Shown here: one piece after another, positions 10,963-20,632 of the stretch
Position numbering within the stretch: position 1 is the first letter of the stretch
Layout: every line of letters begins with the position of its first letter
Source: a virus
Length of the DNA: 64,000 nucleotides
Reading direction: 5' to 3' (one strand)
IMG/VR virus record: IMGVR_UViG_3300032893_000016
Location: 34,147 to 98,146 of that record
The notes under the pieces: model-generated
What the model saw: only the letters and a program-made list of their open reading frames with translations
Told to the model about the DNA's origin: nothing
The model's database searches: none
Position numbers and translations under genes: made by a program

Positions 10963-11254
10963 CGTCCTTGAACCTGAAAGTACCAAAGTAGGCTTCATGC
11001 CAATCCACCCCTGACCATCGGTACAAACGACTATTGGTGGTCAGGAAAAGCAACTGATCTGTGTCGCCTTCGATTGGGAGCTCATCCACTACGTACATCA
11101 GCGGAGGCATTGGCGGAAGCACAATATCCTTCCAAGGCATCATGCCCACCGAAAGGGTATCAGCGCTAATGCCATCTGCAATTATGGGCTCAACGATAGC
11201 AGGCGCGACTACTACCGCCGCCGTGCTGCCCATCAGGAACGATCGTCTGTTCAT
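10955..11254 (-). CDS. Small protein with Tat-like leader and tail-fibre-like repeat
   Basis: MNRRSFLMGSTAAVVVA; C-terminal VVDELP..DQLLFLTTNSRLYRWSG..W. Confidence 0.65.
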   Translation of the reverse strand: MNRRSFLMGSTAAVVVAPAIVEPIIADGISADTLSVGMMPWKDIVLPPMPPLMYVVDELPIEGDTDQLLFLTTNSRLYRWSGVDWHEAYFGTFRFKDDE

Positions 11255-11840
11255 ATCATGTGCATCAGATTGGCGACGACTACGGAAATAGCTAGTACCA
11301 AAAAGCACATGACGGACGCTGTGCCGAACTTCTGATTGATGCCCCCGGCGATGAATAGGCCGATGCTCATGCAGGCGAGTACTGATTGGGCGGTCGCCAG
11401 CGAACTCATACGACTACTTTCCCTTCGGAAGCACTTCCTGATCGTCAGCCATGATACGTACGCTGACACCGGGCTTGTTAGCAAGTCCATTGTACACTTG
11501 CAAGGCCCGATGCCAACTGTCTGTCCTGATGCCTTCGATCTCTCGGTTCTCTTTGATGAACCGAACTAGTACCCTGTATTGCTGCACCTCACGCGGCGGT
11601 GTGCACCAAAGCCGCATGCGGGGATCTTCTGTTAGTGCAGCGCCACCAGGTTGCAATTGATTGGCCGGTGTTGCTGAATCATCCTGCATACCTTGGACAT
11701 ACGCCCGGACAGAATGAACAGCAAAGACAGAACAATCAGAAGAGAAAGTACTAACAATGCACGATAAGGCGTCTGCGGGCTGTACAGCAGCAACAGGTCG
11801 ATGCCGCCAACAGCCAGGAGACCCAGCGCCATGAACTTGA

Positions 11841-12308
11841 TCATGTCTGCTCCTCCTTCTCAAAAGTGAAAACGCGCTGGATACCAAAAGAGCCCAACGC
11901 TTTCTGTTCTCGATACGCACTGTGTACTGGGCACAAAGCTAATTCTTCCTTTGTCCTCCGCCGAATACGGTTCTCAGACAACGTCGACCAAAGAAGATTG
12001 CTGCGGCGATTATCCAGACTATCGCCATTCTTGTGATCGCCAATATTGTGGAACAGCGATGGCGGGACGCCGGCACGGGCAACCACTACCTTGTGCATGA
12101 AGATTACGCCGCGCGGCCTGTGGACGCTCCGCCTGGCGTACCTTTTGCCACGCCATGTGACGGCATGCCATGCCCATTGGTTTAGGTACTCATAATCTTC
12201 GTTACTGACTATTGCGTACAGATCAGGATCGCGATACGATAGGTAGAGCCTACGATAAGGCAGCGGCTCAGGCCAGTGGCGCGGGTCGAAGTCGGGGTCA
12301 AGCCACAT
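11841..12308 (-). CDS. HNH endonuclease (HNH_3 type)
   Basis: YAIVSNEDYEYLNQWAW...MHKVV...DHKNGDSLDNRRSNL. Confidence 0.8.
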   Translation of the reverse strand: MWLDPDFDPRHWPEPLPYRRLYLSYRDPDLYAIVSNEDYEYLNQWAWHAVTWRGKRYARRSVHRPRGVIFMHKVVVARAGVPPSLFHNIGDHKNGDSLDNRRSNLLWSTLSENRIRRRTKEELALCPVHSAYREQKALGSFGIQRVFTFEKEEQT

Positions 12309-12460
12309 AGCGGGAACAACCAGACACGCGCTGGGGGCAGACGTGGGTAAGGCGGCCTAACGGGGGATGACCGTGTGGCCGCCATCTGATTGCCCCTGCT
12401 ATGGGGCTTTGTACTAAAATTTTGGGCTGTTTTGCAACACAGTGGTCGCGATGGCTGGAC

Positions 12461-12489
12461 ATATTGCCATAAGAATCAGGGGGTTGCAA
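12461..12489 (-). promoter_or_regulatory. Putative sigma70-type promoter
   Basis: TTGCAA-N17-CAATAT in an intergenic gap. Confidence 0.5.
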
Positions 12490-12499
12490 ATAAAATCTA

Positions 12500-12841
12500 C
12501 TACGCTGGTTTGCGGCGCAAGTAGTACTCTGTATCGGCCAAATCGGACAGCGGCGAGGGCACCCCATTAATGTACACAACACGGGGCACGCGCTTCTGGA
12601 AAAGCTGGCCGAAGCCAGTACCCAATTGGCTGACTTTAAACCCCGGCTCTTCCTTGAGAATTTTCTTTCCGGCTGGCGTTCCGAGCACAAGCGCATAGTT
12701 GGCAATCTCGTCGATCAAAGGGATCATACGCCGGTCGCTGGCCAAGGAGCCACGGTGGTACAAAAGATACTGGCCGGGCTCCAACTTGTTGACGGCTTCG
12801 CGCATGGCGTGCATGCTGGGAAACTGCGGGCGGACATTCAT
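12500..12841 (-). CDS. Hypothetical protein
   Basis: ATGA overlap with the SbcC-like gene; LLYHRGSLASDR. Confidence 0.6.
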   Translation of the reverse strand: MNVRPQFPSMHAMREAVNKLEPGQYLLYHRGSLASDRRMIPLIDEIANYALVLGTPAGKKILKEEPGFKVSQLGTGFGQLFQKRVPRVVYINGVPSPLSDLADTEYYLRRKPA

Positions 12842-14724
12842 TGTTTGATATACGAACCTTTCTCGTCCTTCTCAACCACAATCACCTCTTCGAACTCGCC
12901 GCGGTCAAACGAGGCGTGATCAACTAGATAGATTGATTTTCTTTCATCCTTGGCACGATCGTGCAAGTACTCCAACAACTGATCCACGCCAGCGGGTGAC
13001 ATATGCTGAGTTGGCTCGTCGAGTACTAATACATTGGGAGTGACGCCGGCACGCGCAAGTAGGATCTCGGAAAGCGCGAACGTAACCGCAAGGTGCCATC
13101 GCTGGCTCTCGCCCCCGCTGTAGCTCTCCCACCGAACGGGCTCATCCACGCCGGGCGGGAATAGAGTAATGTACATCCCAAACTTGGTGTTCCCGCCCTT
13201 GACCTCCTTCTCGGTGTTGAACCTGATGGCCCACCCGATCAGCCCGAGCTGTTCCGCATAGCTGTTGGTCGTAATCTCCAGCTCATGCAGCGCTTCGTCG
13301 ATCAGCTCCATTCGGATATCTTTGAAAGCCTTATTCCAGTACTTGTAATTCTCAGCCTCCGCTTCGGCCTTTGAAACCCTTGCTTGCGCTATCTTCAATA
13401 GGTCAGCCAACTTGGTGATGCGCTCCTGTGCGCGTCGCTCCGCCACTTCGTGCGGGTTAGCTTCACGGTAAATGGCGTCTGCTGTACGAGATTTGTCTTG
13501 CAAGCGGTCCTCGAGAAGCTTATGCGCAGCTTCCCAATTAGTATAACGGGATGTTGCTTCCTCCAATGAAGACCTTGCACTATGTACCGCTTCGCCAAAA
13601 TCCTCTACTTTGGACGCAAGGTCCTCTACCCGCTTGCGCGCGTCCTCTATCGCGTTCTTGTCACGCTCGCACTGGGAAGCCTTATCTACGCGGACAGCGC
13701 GAAGCTGCTTCAGCTCATCTTGCAGATGCTTCTTGCTGACGGGTTGGCCGCACTGCGGGCACGTGGCTTCCTTGGCAGCGAGAGCCGCTTCGACTTTGGC
13801 GATGTCCTCATCGACTATCTTGAGGCGAGCATCCGTCGCGGCCTGAAGGCGCTCGGCATTGAGGAGTGATTGGCGGGCCTGACGAAGCAACCCTTCGTTA
13901 CTCGCCAATTGCTGCTCCGCCAGCCGCAACTGCTCCTCCAAGCCTTGGGCGTTCCGGGGCCTTGGGGGAGCCTTTGCCGCGCTATCCTGAACCGCCTGTT
14001 TGGCGTCGTTTTCCTCCTGCTCGGCGGCCTTGAGCCGGGCAGCCTTGTCCTCCGCCCACCGATCGGCCTCTTTGGCCGCGTGCGAGGCCGCTGCATCGGC
14101 TTCCTCCAGCCCTCCCCTATGCCGCTGCTCGTCCAGCCGGGCCTCCGCTGCACGGGCTTCGCAGGCGCTCGCATGCTTCCCAGCGGCATCCGCGGCATCC
14201 AGCCACGTGTCCAAGGCCAGCGCCTCGGCGAACATCTTGGTTTGGGGCTCAGGGGTCATGTCGAGGAATTGGGTACCGAACTGGCCAATGACCAGCGCCC
14301 GCCGAAACAGGTCCTCGGACATGCCGAACGTCTCTGCTACTTCTTTTTGCTGGAGGACACGGCTGTTGTCATCATCGTCGCCCACATACAACTTGATCTC
14401 GTTGGGCTTGCGCGTGCGCTTGATCTCGTACATTTCGCCATTGCGCTTGTAGACCAACCGCACCCACGTGTTGGGCTTCTTAACATGCCAAGGCAGGATG
14501 GCATCGGCCGGTCGTTCATCCCGGATGGTCTTGCCCCACAGGCACCACGTCAACGCATCCCATATTGTACTCTTGGCTGCGCCGTTGGCACCCAGCTCAG
14601 GCTCAATCTTGTTGATGCCCGTGATGAAGTACAGGCCAGCCTCTCGGTTCAGATCGAACGAGTGCTTGCCGGTGAACGACTTAAAGTCGTTGAACTCAAG
14701 GAGGAGTAATTCTAGCTGGTGCAT
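12838..14724 (-). CDS. SbcC/Rad50/gp46-like recombination ATPase
   Basis: Walker A variant GANGAAKST, coiled coil with CPQC zinc hook, signature YSGGE, Walker B LVLDEP. Confidence 0.92.
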   Translation of the reverse strand: MHQLELLLLEFNDFKSFTGKHSFDLNREAGLYFITGINKIEPELGANGAAKSTIWDALTWCLWGKTIRDERPADAILPWHVKKPNTWVRLVYKRNGEMYEIKRTRKPNEIKLYVGDDDDNSRVLQQKEVAETFGMSEDLFRRALVIGQFGTQFLDMTPEPQTKMFAEALALDTWLDAADAAGKHASACEARAAEARLDEQRHRGGLEEADAAASHAAKEADRWAEDKAARLKAAEQEENDAKQAVQDSAAKAPPRPRNAQGLEEQLRLAEQQLASNEGLLRQARQSLLNAERLQAATDARLKIVDEDIAKVEAALAAKEATCPQCGQPVSKKHLQDELKQLRAVRVDKASQCERDKNAIEDARKRVEDLASKVEDFGEAVHSARSSLEEATSRYTNWEAAHKLLEDRLQDKSRTADAIYREANPHEVAERRAQERITKLADLLKIAQARVSKAEAEAENYKYWNKAFKDIRMELIDEALHELEITTNSYAEQLGLIGWAIRFNTEKEVKGGNTKFGMYITLFPPGVDEPVRWESYSGGESQRWHLAVTFALSEILLARAGVTPNVLVLDEPTQHMSPAGVDQLLEYLHDRAKDERKSIYLVDHASFDRGEFEEVIVVEKDEKGSYIKQ

Positions 14725-14879
14725 TCTGTCCCTTTGCCCACCGCTCAATCTCTTCGGCCTGCCGCAGGATTTCGTTGGCCGTCTGTTCGGTGCGCATGGG
14801 GAGATCGGTGAGCGGGTATGCGGCGATGGCGGCCTGCAAACACATCAGCCGGAATTGGGCCTCAGCCGGGCTTTTGTAA

Positions 14880-15479
14880 TCAGCCGGTGGCGGAACTGGA
14901 TTGGTTCTCACTGACGACATAATTGAGCAGCCTACAATCGTTGTACGACAGCATCAGCGGGTGTCGCGGGCTGCCATCTTTAGCATACCCCAAACACTTC
15001 AAAGGTACTGCGTACTTTTTTGCCATAACCCTGATCGCCTCAGCCCGCACATCCATCCATTGGTGCTGGACGCCGGCGAAGCCATTGCCGCCCCATGCCG
15101 CCACCACGGGCACATTGAGGGCATGCGCCCACTGGAACATTTTGTGTAGTACAAGATCACCCAGCTCACCCACCGCATCCTCGAAGCCCTCCTTGAAGAG
15201 CTCGGCCGGGTAAGGCGTACGCTTGGTGAAAAGGTTAACCACTCCGAACCAGCGAATACTCAAGCGGCGGTTGAAGCCCACCAGCTTGCGCATCGTGGGG
15301 TCATTCTTGCTGCGGCTGGCCAGCGATGGGTTCAGCATCAAGAACACGGCGCATTGTATTTCGTACGAGGGCGCGCCGGTGTCGCGCATCAACCAGATGC
15401 GATGCCTCTCGGTCGCTACTTCAGGCAACGGCTTGGATGCGAACGAAAGGTTCCTGATGGATTCTTCTTCAGGGCTCAC
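14880..15479 (-). CDS. DUF1643-family protein
   Basis: FLMLNPS.A....DPT, VVNLF, VVAAWG, G.PRHPLM; start approximate. Confidence 0.75.
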   Translation of the reverse strand: MSPEEESIRNLSFASKPLPEVATERHRIWLMRDTGAPSYEIQCAVFLMLNPSLASRSKNDPTMRKLVGFNRRLSIRWFGVVNLFTKRTPYPAELFKEGFEDAVGELGDLVLHKMFQWAHALNVPVVAAWGGNGFAGVQHQWMDVRAEAIRVMAKKYAVPLKCLGYAKDGSPRHPLMLSYNDCRLLNYVVSENQSSSATG

Positions 15480-15730
15480 GGCATCGTCTGTGCGGGAATG
15501 ATCTTGCTTTCTGCCTTCCACTGGCCGCACCAATCGCGCGGCTGGACAACAGGCAACATCATCGTTTGATGGATGCGGGGATGGCCTTCAGGGGTCACGC
15601 CCATGTTGAAAGCAAAGGGCACAGGCGGGTTCAAGCGGCAAGCGATCCGCATGTCTTTGCCTGAGCTGACCTCAAGGCGGAAGTGGCAAGTGCCGCAGCA
15701 CTCTGAAGGAAGCATGGGTCCGGGCATCAT
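15476..15730 (-). CDS. Small cysteine-rich protein
   Basis: CGTCHF...CRLNPP...DWCGQW; similar to 36485-36712. Confidence 0.6.
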   Translation of the reverse strand: MMPGPMLPSECCGTCHFRLEVSSGKDMRIACRLNPPVPFAFNMGVTPEGHPRIHQTMMLPVVQPRDWCGQWKAESKIIPAQTMP

Positions 15731-15736
15731 TCACCT

Positions 15737-16789
15737 CTACGATATCAGGGACATACCAATGTCCTCAAGCTCCCGCGTCAGGTTATGACGCTTGGCATGA
15801 GTACGAACTATCTCTTCCGGCTTCTTGACCAGATCACGCAGCGTGCCCGTGTCCTCAAGGCGGATGCGCTTGGGCGCTGGCGCTGCGGCCTTCAGCTCGG
15901 GCCCAAACAACTGCCAGCCCACAGCCGTGCACTCATCCTTGATGGCCTTGCGCATGTCGGGCCAAAGGTCGTAATCGGCGCGGGCAAGATAGACGCGGAC
16001 CTTTACTTGGTCGCCCTTGTAAATGTCCTCATCCTTCTCAGCCTGCTCCAGCATTTTGATGGCATCCTTCGCCGAGGAAGGACGGCGCAACTCAACGAGC
16101 ACCCTTTGAACACCGTTCAGGTGCAGGTCTTGCTGCTGATGCTTCCCAGCCTTGTTGGTGCCAATGTGTAGAACGCGCGGGGTGAAACGATCACCAAAGT
16201 GGATACGATAGGGCGCACCGACATACTCAATTTTCTTGTTGACAAGCTGCGGCACGTGGATGTCACCCGAGAAGACTTTGCCCTTGAAGCCATCAAAGAT
16301 CGTCGGGCTTATTCCGGGGAGGAGCGTTCCGTTTTCGGATTGCGCACCATCGTAAGTCTGGTGCGTGAAGATGTATTCGTAATCGTTAAACGTGTCCACC
16401 GGCCAGGAATGAACGTCCCGGGTGCATGGTAGAAACAAGCCCATCTTGGAACCCCACAGGGGCAGCGCTTCCGGGCTGCTAACAAAGTCAACGCCGGGTA
16501 CAAAATGGACGAAATCAAAAAAGGGCTTGCTAAGATCAAAGCCGTCGTGATTACCGAGTGAGACCGTAACCCGAATACCCTCCCGGACAAGACCAGCCAG
16601 CTCCATAACGATACGGTTAACAAGTACACTACTATGGTGATCCTTCGCATCTGTCAGGTCTCCTAGAAAGAGAACGCGCTTACATCCAAGCTCCTTGGCT
16701 TTAGTTTTCAGAAAAGGGAAGAGTGCCCAGCGGTATTCATCGTTGGGCTTTTCAGTGAAGTGAAGGTCAGCTGTTACAAGAGCGGACAC
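15737..16789 (-). CDS. SbcD/Mre11/gp47-like metallophosphoesterase nuclease
   Basis: ADLH, LGDL, GNHD, FTHQ, SGDIH motifs. Confidence 0.92.
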   Translation of the reverse strand: MSALVTADLHFTEKPNDEYRWALFPFLKTKAKELGCKRVLFLGDLTDAKDHHSSVLVNRIVMELAGLVREGIRVTVSLGNHDGFDLSKPFFDFVHFVPGVDFVSSPEALPLWGSKMGLFLPCTRDVHSWPVDTFNDYEYIFTHQTYDGAQSENGTLLPGISPTIFDGFKGKVFSGDIHVPQLVNKKIEYVGAPYRIHFGDRFTPRVLHIGTNKAGKHQQQDLHLNGVQRVLVELRRPSSAKDAIKMLEQAEKDEDIYKGDQVKVRVYLARADYDLWPDMRKAIKDECTAVGWQLFGPELKAAAPAPKRIRLEDTGTLRDLVKKPEEIVRTHAKRHNLTRELEDIGMSLIS

Positions 16790-17289
16790 GGGCTGGCCAT
16801 CAGGGCTTCAAAGTCGTAGATCAGGATGGCCGCGCTACGCCGGCGATAGATCACACCCAACGGAGTAGCCTTAAAATCAACACCTCTTACATCCATCGTG
16901 GCGACGATCGTGGGCATCTGGTTCTGATGCGCGATCAGCAGCGGCACTTTATTCGCGCGCAAAGCATCGTAGCAGGTCTGCTCCCAAAAAGTAATAAACT
17001 CGCCTTTGCCCTTGACCATCGCGCTATCCAGCGCAAGATTCCTGACGCACTTGCACTCAACGGAGAAAATGTCGATCAGCTTGTGGCCAATGGGATCGGT
17101 AGCCGTGATGTCACCGCCCTGCGTCTTGTTCTTCTTGCCGCTCTTGTGCATCACCGTCGCGCGCCCACCTGACATAGCGCTGCGCCAGAACAGATCCTCG
17201 CGCAACCCACCAGACAGCCATTGGCTGAGCCGCTTGCAGATCAGGCGCTCGAACCCCGCGCCTTTTGCTTTGCCGCCACCCTTCTTCAT
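16774..17289 (-). CDS. PD-(D/E)XK Holliday junction resolvase (T5 D14-like)
   Basis: KGAGFER, RSAMSGG, GDI, VECK. Confidence 0.75.
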   Translation of the reverse strand: MKKGGGKAKGAGFERLICKRLSQWLSGGLREDLFWRSAMSGGRATVMHKSGKKNKTQGGDITATDPIGHKLIDIFSVECKCVRNLALDSAMVKGKGEFITFWEQTCYDALRANKVPLLIAHQNQMPTIVATMDVRGVDFKATPLGVIYRRRSAAILIYDFEALMASPCPLL

Positions 17290-17498
17290 TGAGGCATCCT
17301 ACTTGCACGCCACGTATCCACCCAACCAGAATACTGTTGGCCGCTAACCCACCATACACAATCCAACGAGCAAACGTTATCGCGCTTGAAAAGAATACCC
17401 TGCACACGGACCTTGCAGGTCTCATCGCCATCAACTATTACGAAGTCACCCACGCTGGCGAGGCCCCCATCACCAAGGACCGCAACGACGTCATTCAC
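17286..17498 (-). CDS. Small hypothetical protein
   Basis: ATGA overlaps at both ends. Confidence 0.55.
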   Translation of the reverse strand: MNDVVAVLGDGGLASVGDFVIVDGDETCKVRVQGILFKRDNVCSLDCVWWVSGQQYSGWVDTWRASRMPQ

Positions 17499-18541
17499 GA
17501 CGGCCGGCTCCTCTTATTGCGCGTGGGCAGGACGGCCTTATCCATTTCCCTCCAGCGCCTCTCTACAAGCGCTCCGACGCGATCCACTTCCTCCCAATAC
17601 TTTCCATCGGGCAGATCATTCAGATCGTCAAGCATGTCCAGTATCTTGGTCATGCGATCCTTCGCACCCTTGGGCCAAGCCCCACCCACGTCCTCGATGG
17701 CATCAATCTCATTGAGGAACATAAGACTGGCGCGGAGATCATCCGTACCGAACCCGAACAGGATATCGAAATGGGCCTCACGCAAGGGAAGGCCAATCTT
17801 GTTCTTCTTGACCTTGGCCTTGATCTCCACACCGACAGGCAGCTTCTGACCGCGGGTCGTTTTGGTGATTGCGCCCATATGATGCAGCCACACGACCTGG
17901 GACGCGTAGAAGTTCAGAGCACGGCCGCCGCTGCGGCTGGACTTCTCTCCGAACATTGCGCCAATCTTGTCGCGCAACTGGCTGATGATCATAAGGTGGA
18001 CGTTAGAGGCCTCCACGTCGCGCACCAGCTTGCGGAAGAGCTCCGACATTTTCTTGGCCTTCTGCGCGCCATAGCTGCCATCGGTGATCTCCCGCTTGAC
18101 CTCAGCCTCATCGGAGAGCGCGTCAAGGGAATCCAGCACATAGAAGCCGGGCTTTTTATACTGTCTGCATTGCTTGCAGACGTCATTCAGATCATCGTGG
18201 AAGTCTTCCACGGTGTGAAGCTGCGGCTCCAGAAACTTAACGCGCGACATGGGCATGCCCAGCGCCGAAGCGTACGGCTTGTCAAAGGCGCTCTCGGCCT
18301 CCCGGAAATAGATGTCGCCCTTCTTAAATTTGCGGGCAAAGTTGCAGCTTGCCTCGATGGCCAGAAGGGTCTTGCCGGTGGAGTTGTCACCCACCACATT
18401 GCTGATGCGCCCCATCGGCCATCCACCCCCGAGCGCAAGGTCCAGTACCCTGCACCCGGAGGTGATGAACTCTAAATTGGGCTTTGGGTTGGAAAAGTAC
18501 GCCCCGCCCTCGTCCTCATTCTCAAGCTGGACCCGCGCCAT
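17495..18541 (-). CDS. recA: RecA/UvsX recombinase
   Basis: LDLALGGGWPMGRI, Walker A GDNSTGKT, LDSL, SGGRALNFYAS, KVKKNKI. Confidence 0.95.
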   Translation of the reverse strand: MARVQLENEDEGGAYFSNPKPNLEFITSGCRVLDLALGGGWPMGRISNVVGDNSTGKTLLAIEASCNFARKFKKGDIYFREAESAFDKPYASALGMPMSRVKFLEPQLHTVEDFHDDLNDVCKQCRQYKKPGFYVLDSLDALSDEAEVKREITDGSYGAQKAKKMSELFRKLVRDVEASNVHLMIISQLRDKIGAMFGEKSSRSGGRALNFYASQVVWLHHMGAITKTTRGQKLPVGVEIKAKVKKNKIGLPLREAHFDILFGFGTDDLRASLMFLNEIDAIEDVGGAWPKGAKDRMTKILDMLDDLNDLPDGKYWEEVDRVGALVERRWREMDKAVLPTRNKRSRPS

Positions 18542-18544
18542 GCG

Positions 18545-19930
18545 CTACCGACGGCTGCCCCTGCCGCCCCTTTCACTGTCGCGCCCGCTATCACGAGAGC
18601 CCCTGCCACCGCGCTCGCCGGCGTCGGCCTCAAGGCGCACCCGCCCACCGCGCGGGGACTCTTCCTCGGCGGTATCGCGACCCCGGCCCCGGCTTTCGCC
18701 GCGCCCGCCACGGTCGCCGCGCCCACGACCAGCATCGGCAACAGCCTCCCGGGCGGTCTCTTCGACCTCATCCGGAGGGTCCGCTTCCGCAGACCGCGCA
18801 CCCCCACCACGCCGCCCCTCCGGCTCCGCAGACCGGGCACTCGAACGTCCTTCCCCCCGTTCGCCGCGCCCCCGGCTGCCCTCCTCCGACTCTTCCCGGC
18901 CACCCCGGCTTGAACCCCGGTCGGAGCCGCGTTCTCCGCGCCCGCCACGGGCTTCTTCACGCCCGCCGCCCCTGCCGCCGCGCTCCTCGCGCCCGCCGTC
19001 ATCGCGCCCGCCACGGCCCCTGCCGCGCTCTTCCTCCTCCGGCTCATCATCCGGAGGATCATCCCGACGGCTGCCCCGGCTGCTCCGAGTATCGTCCCGG
19101 GTGCGCTCAGGCTCAGAACCCCGGCCCCGGCCCCGGCCACGATCGTCGCCGCGCCCACCGCGGCCCCGGTCATCATCCCTGCCGCGCCCACGGCCACCCT
19201 TGTCCTCGTCTTCCTTATTGGACCGGGCCACCGTGCCAGCGAGCACCTTCTCAAGGTACTCATTGGTCTGATAATTGAGGATGGATGGCAAGGGATGCTC
19301 GGCGATGTAATCGAGCCACTTGATCTGCTCATCCTCGTCCTTGGAAATGTACGAGGGATCGCGGGCCACATCCATGCCGGGGTAGCGGGTGTTCAGGCCG
19401 GTGCCCTCCCGCTTGAAGAACAGATCGTAGCCGTCATCCGGATGATCCAGCACGATCACGGAATTGTCCTGCTGAGACTGGCAGCGCGTGGCAATGTCCT
19501 TGTCGGTGGACCACGACATGTTCCAGACCTGCGGCCCGGCTTCTTCGTTCTTGCGGTCGATCATCCAGACCAGCACGCGCTTATTGGCCTTGATCTGATT
19601 GAACAGCTCATCATCGCCATCCGCCTTGAGGCGCGCGGCCTCTTCACAGATCGGGCAATCCTCGTTGAGCATCTTCTTGGGGCAAAGGTACTGCCCATTG
19701 TCCGCGCCCACATTGCCGTGGACCCAAACGGTGATGCTCCAATGATCACCCCACGTTTCCGTGTCCTCCCACGTCGGGGGCAAGATGCGGACTTGCTGCT
19801 TCCCCTCCGGGATGCGCCAGACGGGGAAGTCCTGTTTAATGATCCCGTCGAAATTGCCGCCCTGTTGATTGGCGTGTGCGCTAACCGCTGCGGCATTATC
19901 GCGCTCGCGATAGCCGGACCACTTACCCAT
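18545..19930 (-). CDS. gp32-like single-stranded DNA-binding protein with long RG/acidic tail
   Basis: VRILPP, H...YLCPK...CPICE, HPDDGYDL..KREGTGLNTRY; about 220-aa R/G/E/D low-complexity C-terminus. Confidence 0.8.
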   Translation of the reverse strand: MGKWSGYRERDNAAAVSAHANQQGGNFDGIIKQDFPVWRIPEGKQQVRILPPTWEDTETWGDHWSITVWVHGNVGADNGQYLCPKKMLNEDCPICEEAARLKADGDDELFNQIKANKRVLVWMIDRKNEEAGPQVWNMSWSTDKDIATRCQSQQDNSVIVLDHPDDGYDLFFKREGTGLNTRYPGMDVARDPSYISKDEDEQIKWLDYIAEHPLPSILNYQTNEYLEKVLAGTVARSNKEDEDKGGRGRGRDDDRGRGGRGDDRGRGRGRGSEPERTRDDTRSSRGSRRDDPPDDEPEEEERGRGRGGRDDGGREERGGRGGGREEARGGRGERGSDRGSSRGGREESEEGSRGRGERGEGRSSARSAEPEGRRGGGARSAEADPPDEVEETAREAVADAGRGRGDRGGRGESRGRGRDTAEEESPRGGRVRLEADAGERGGRGSRDSGRDSERGGRGSRR

Positions 19931-20087
19931 GTTCTTTCCCTTCTCTCGATAGGCGACCTAAACTCTTCAAATAATCCATACGCGACCGGTAATAGGCGAA
20001 GCTTCCCGCCCGCACTACCAGGTACGCAATGAACGGACTGCACAGCGCTAACGCCAGCGCGGCGATCAACCAGAACTCAGCGGTCAC
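19923..20087 (-). CDS. Small membrane protein
   Basis: GTG start; hydrophobic FWLIAALALALCSPFIAYLVV. Confidence 0.5.
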   Translation of the reverse strand: MTAEFWLIAALALALCSPFIAYLVVRAGSFAYYRSRMDYLKSLGRLSREGKEHG

Positions 20088-20613
20088 GAGACTGATTCCT
20101 TCTGTTGAACGCCGGATCGTTTTTGTGGGCATTGGCGACTGCTTGGCGCACCGCGCCATCTGTCGTCCAGTACCCGGACGCATAAAGCTGGACCAAATCC
20201 TTAATGGCGTAGCCGCGCTGATCGAACGCGCGTTCCAAAGCCTGCCACAGGTCGGCCTCAAGGCAGGCGTCACCATACTTGGCCGCCAGCTTCTTGATGG
20301 ACGGCATTAGCATGATCTTGTTCTTGACGCCCGTCTCTGTCATCTTGCCGTCATCTTCGCGCCACCCAGCGCGCACCGAAGCATCCAGCTCGGCTTCCAG
20401 CTGTTCCTTTTCCAGCTTCAGCTTGTCACGCCGGCTCTTGGCGAACATGTACTCTTTGCTGACTTGATGGTACAGATCAGGATGCTCCGTCAGGTCATCA
20501 TCCAATTCGTACTTTTGGATGCGAAGCTTCGTCTCCAGATCGTCCATGAGCTCCGGGGTCTTGTACCCATCGGGCACAGGAACATCGTTCAGGGTCACTC
20601 TTTCTCTTGCCAT
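20077..20613 (-). CDS. UvsY-like recombination mediator
   Basis: Helical protein with KMTETGVKNKIM...RAFDQR pattern, next to SSB and RecA. Confidence 0.6.
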   Translation of the reverse strand: MARERVTLNDVPVPDGYKTPELMDDLETKLRIQKYELDDDLTEHPDLYHQVSKEYMFAKSRRDKLKLEKEQLEAELDASVRAGWREDDGKMTETGVKNKIMLMPSIKKLAAKYGDACLEADLWQALERAFDQRGYAIKDLVQLYASGYWTTDGAVRQAVANAHKNDPAFNRRNQSRDR

Positions 20614-20632
20614 GCTATGACATACCCCACGC

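Noticed and set aside
11841-12308. HNH as intron-encoded or as trans nuclease for the Tas-like protein
   Set aside because: No interrupted host gene is visible and there is no linkage; it looks like an ordinary free-standing phage HNH.
18545-19210. GC-rich repeats as a non-coding repeat element
   Set aside because: Explained by the Arg/Gly codons of the SSB tail.
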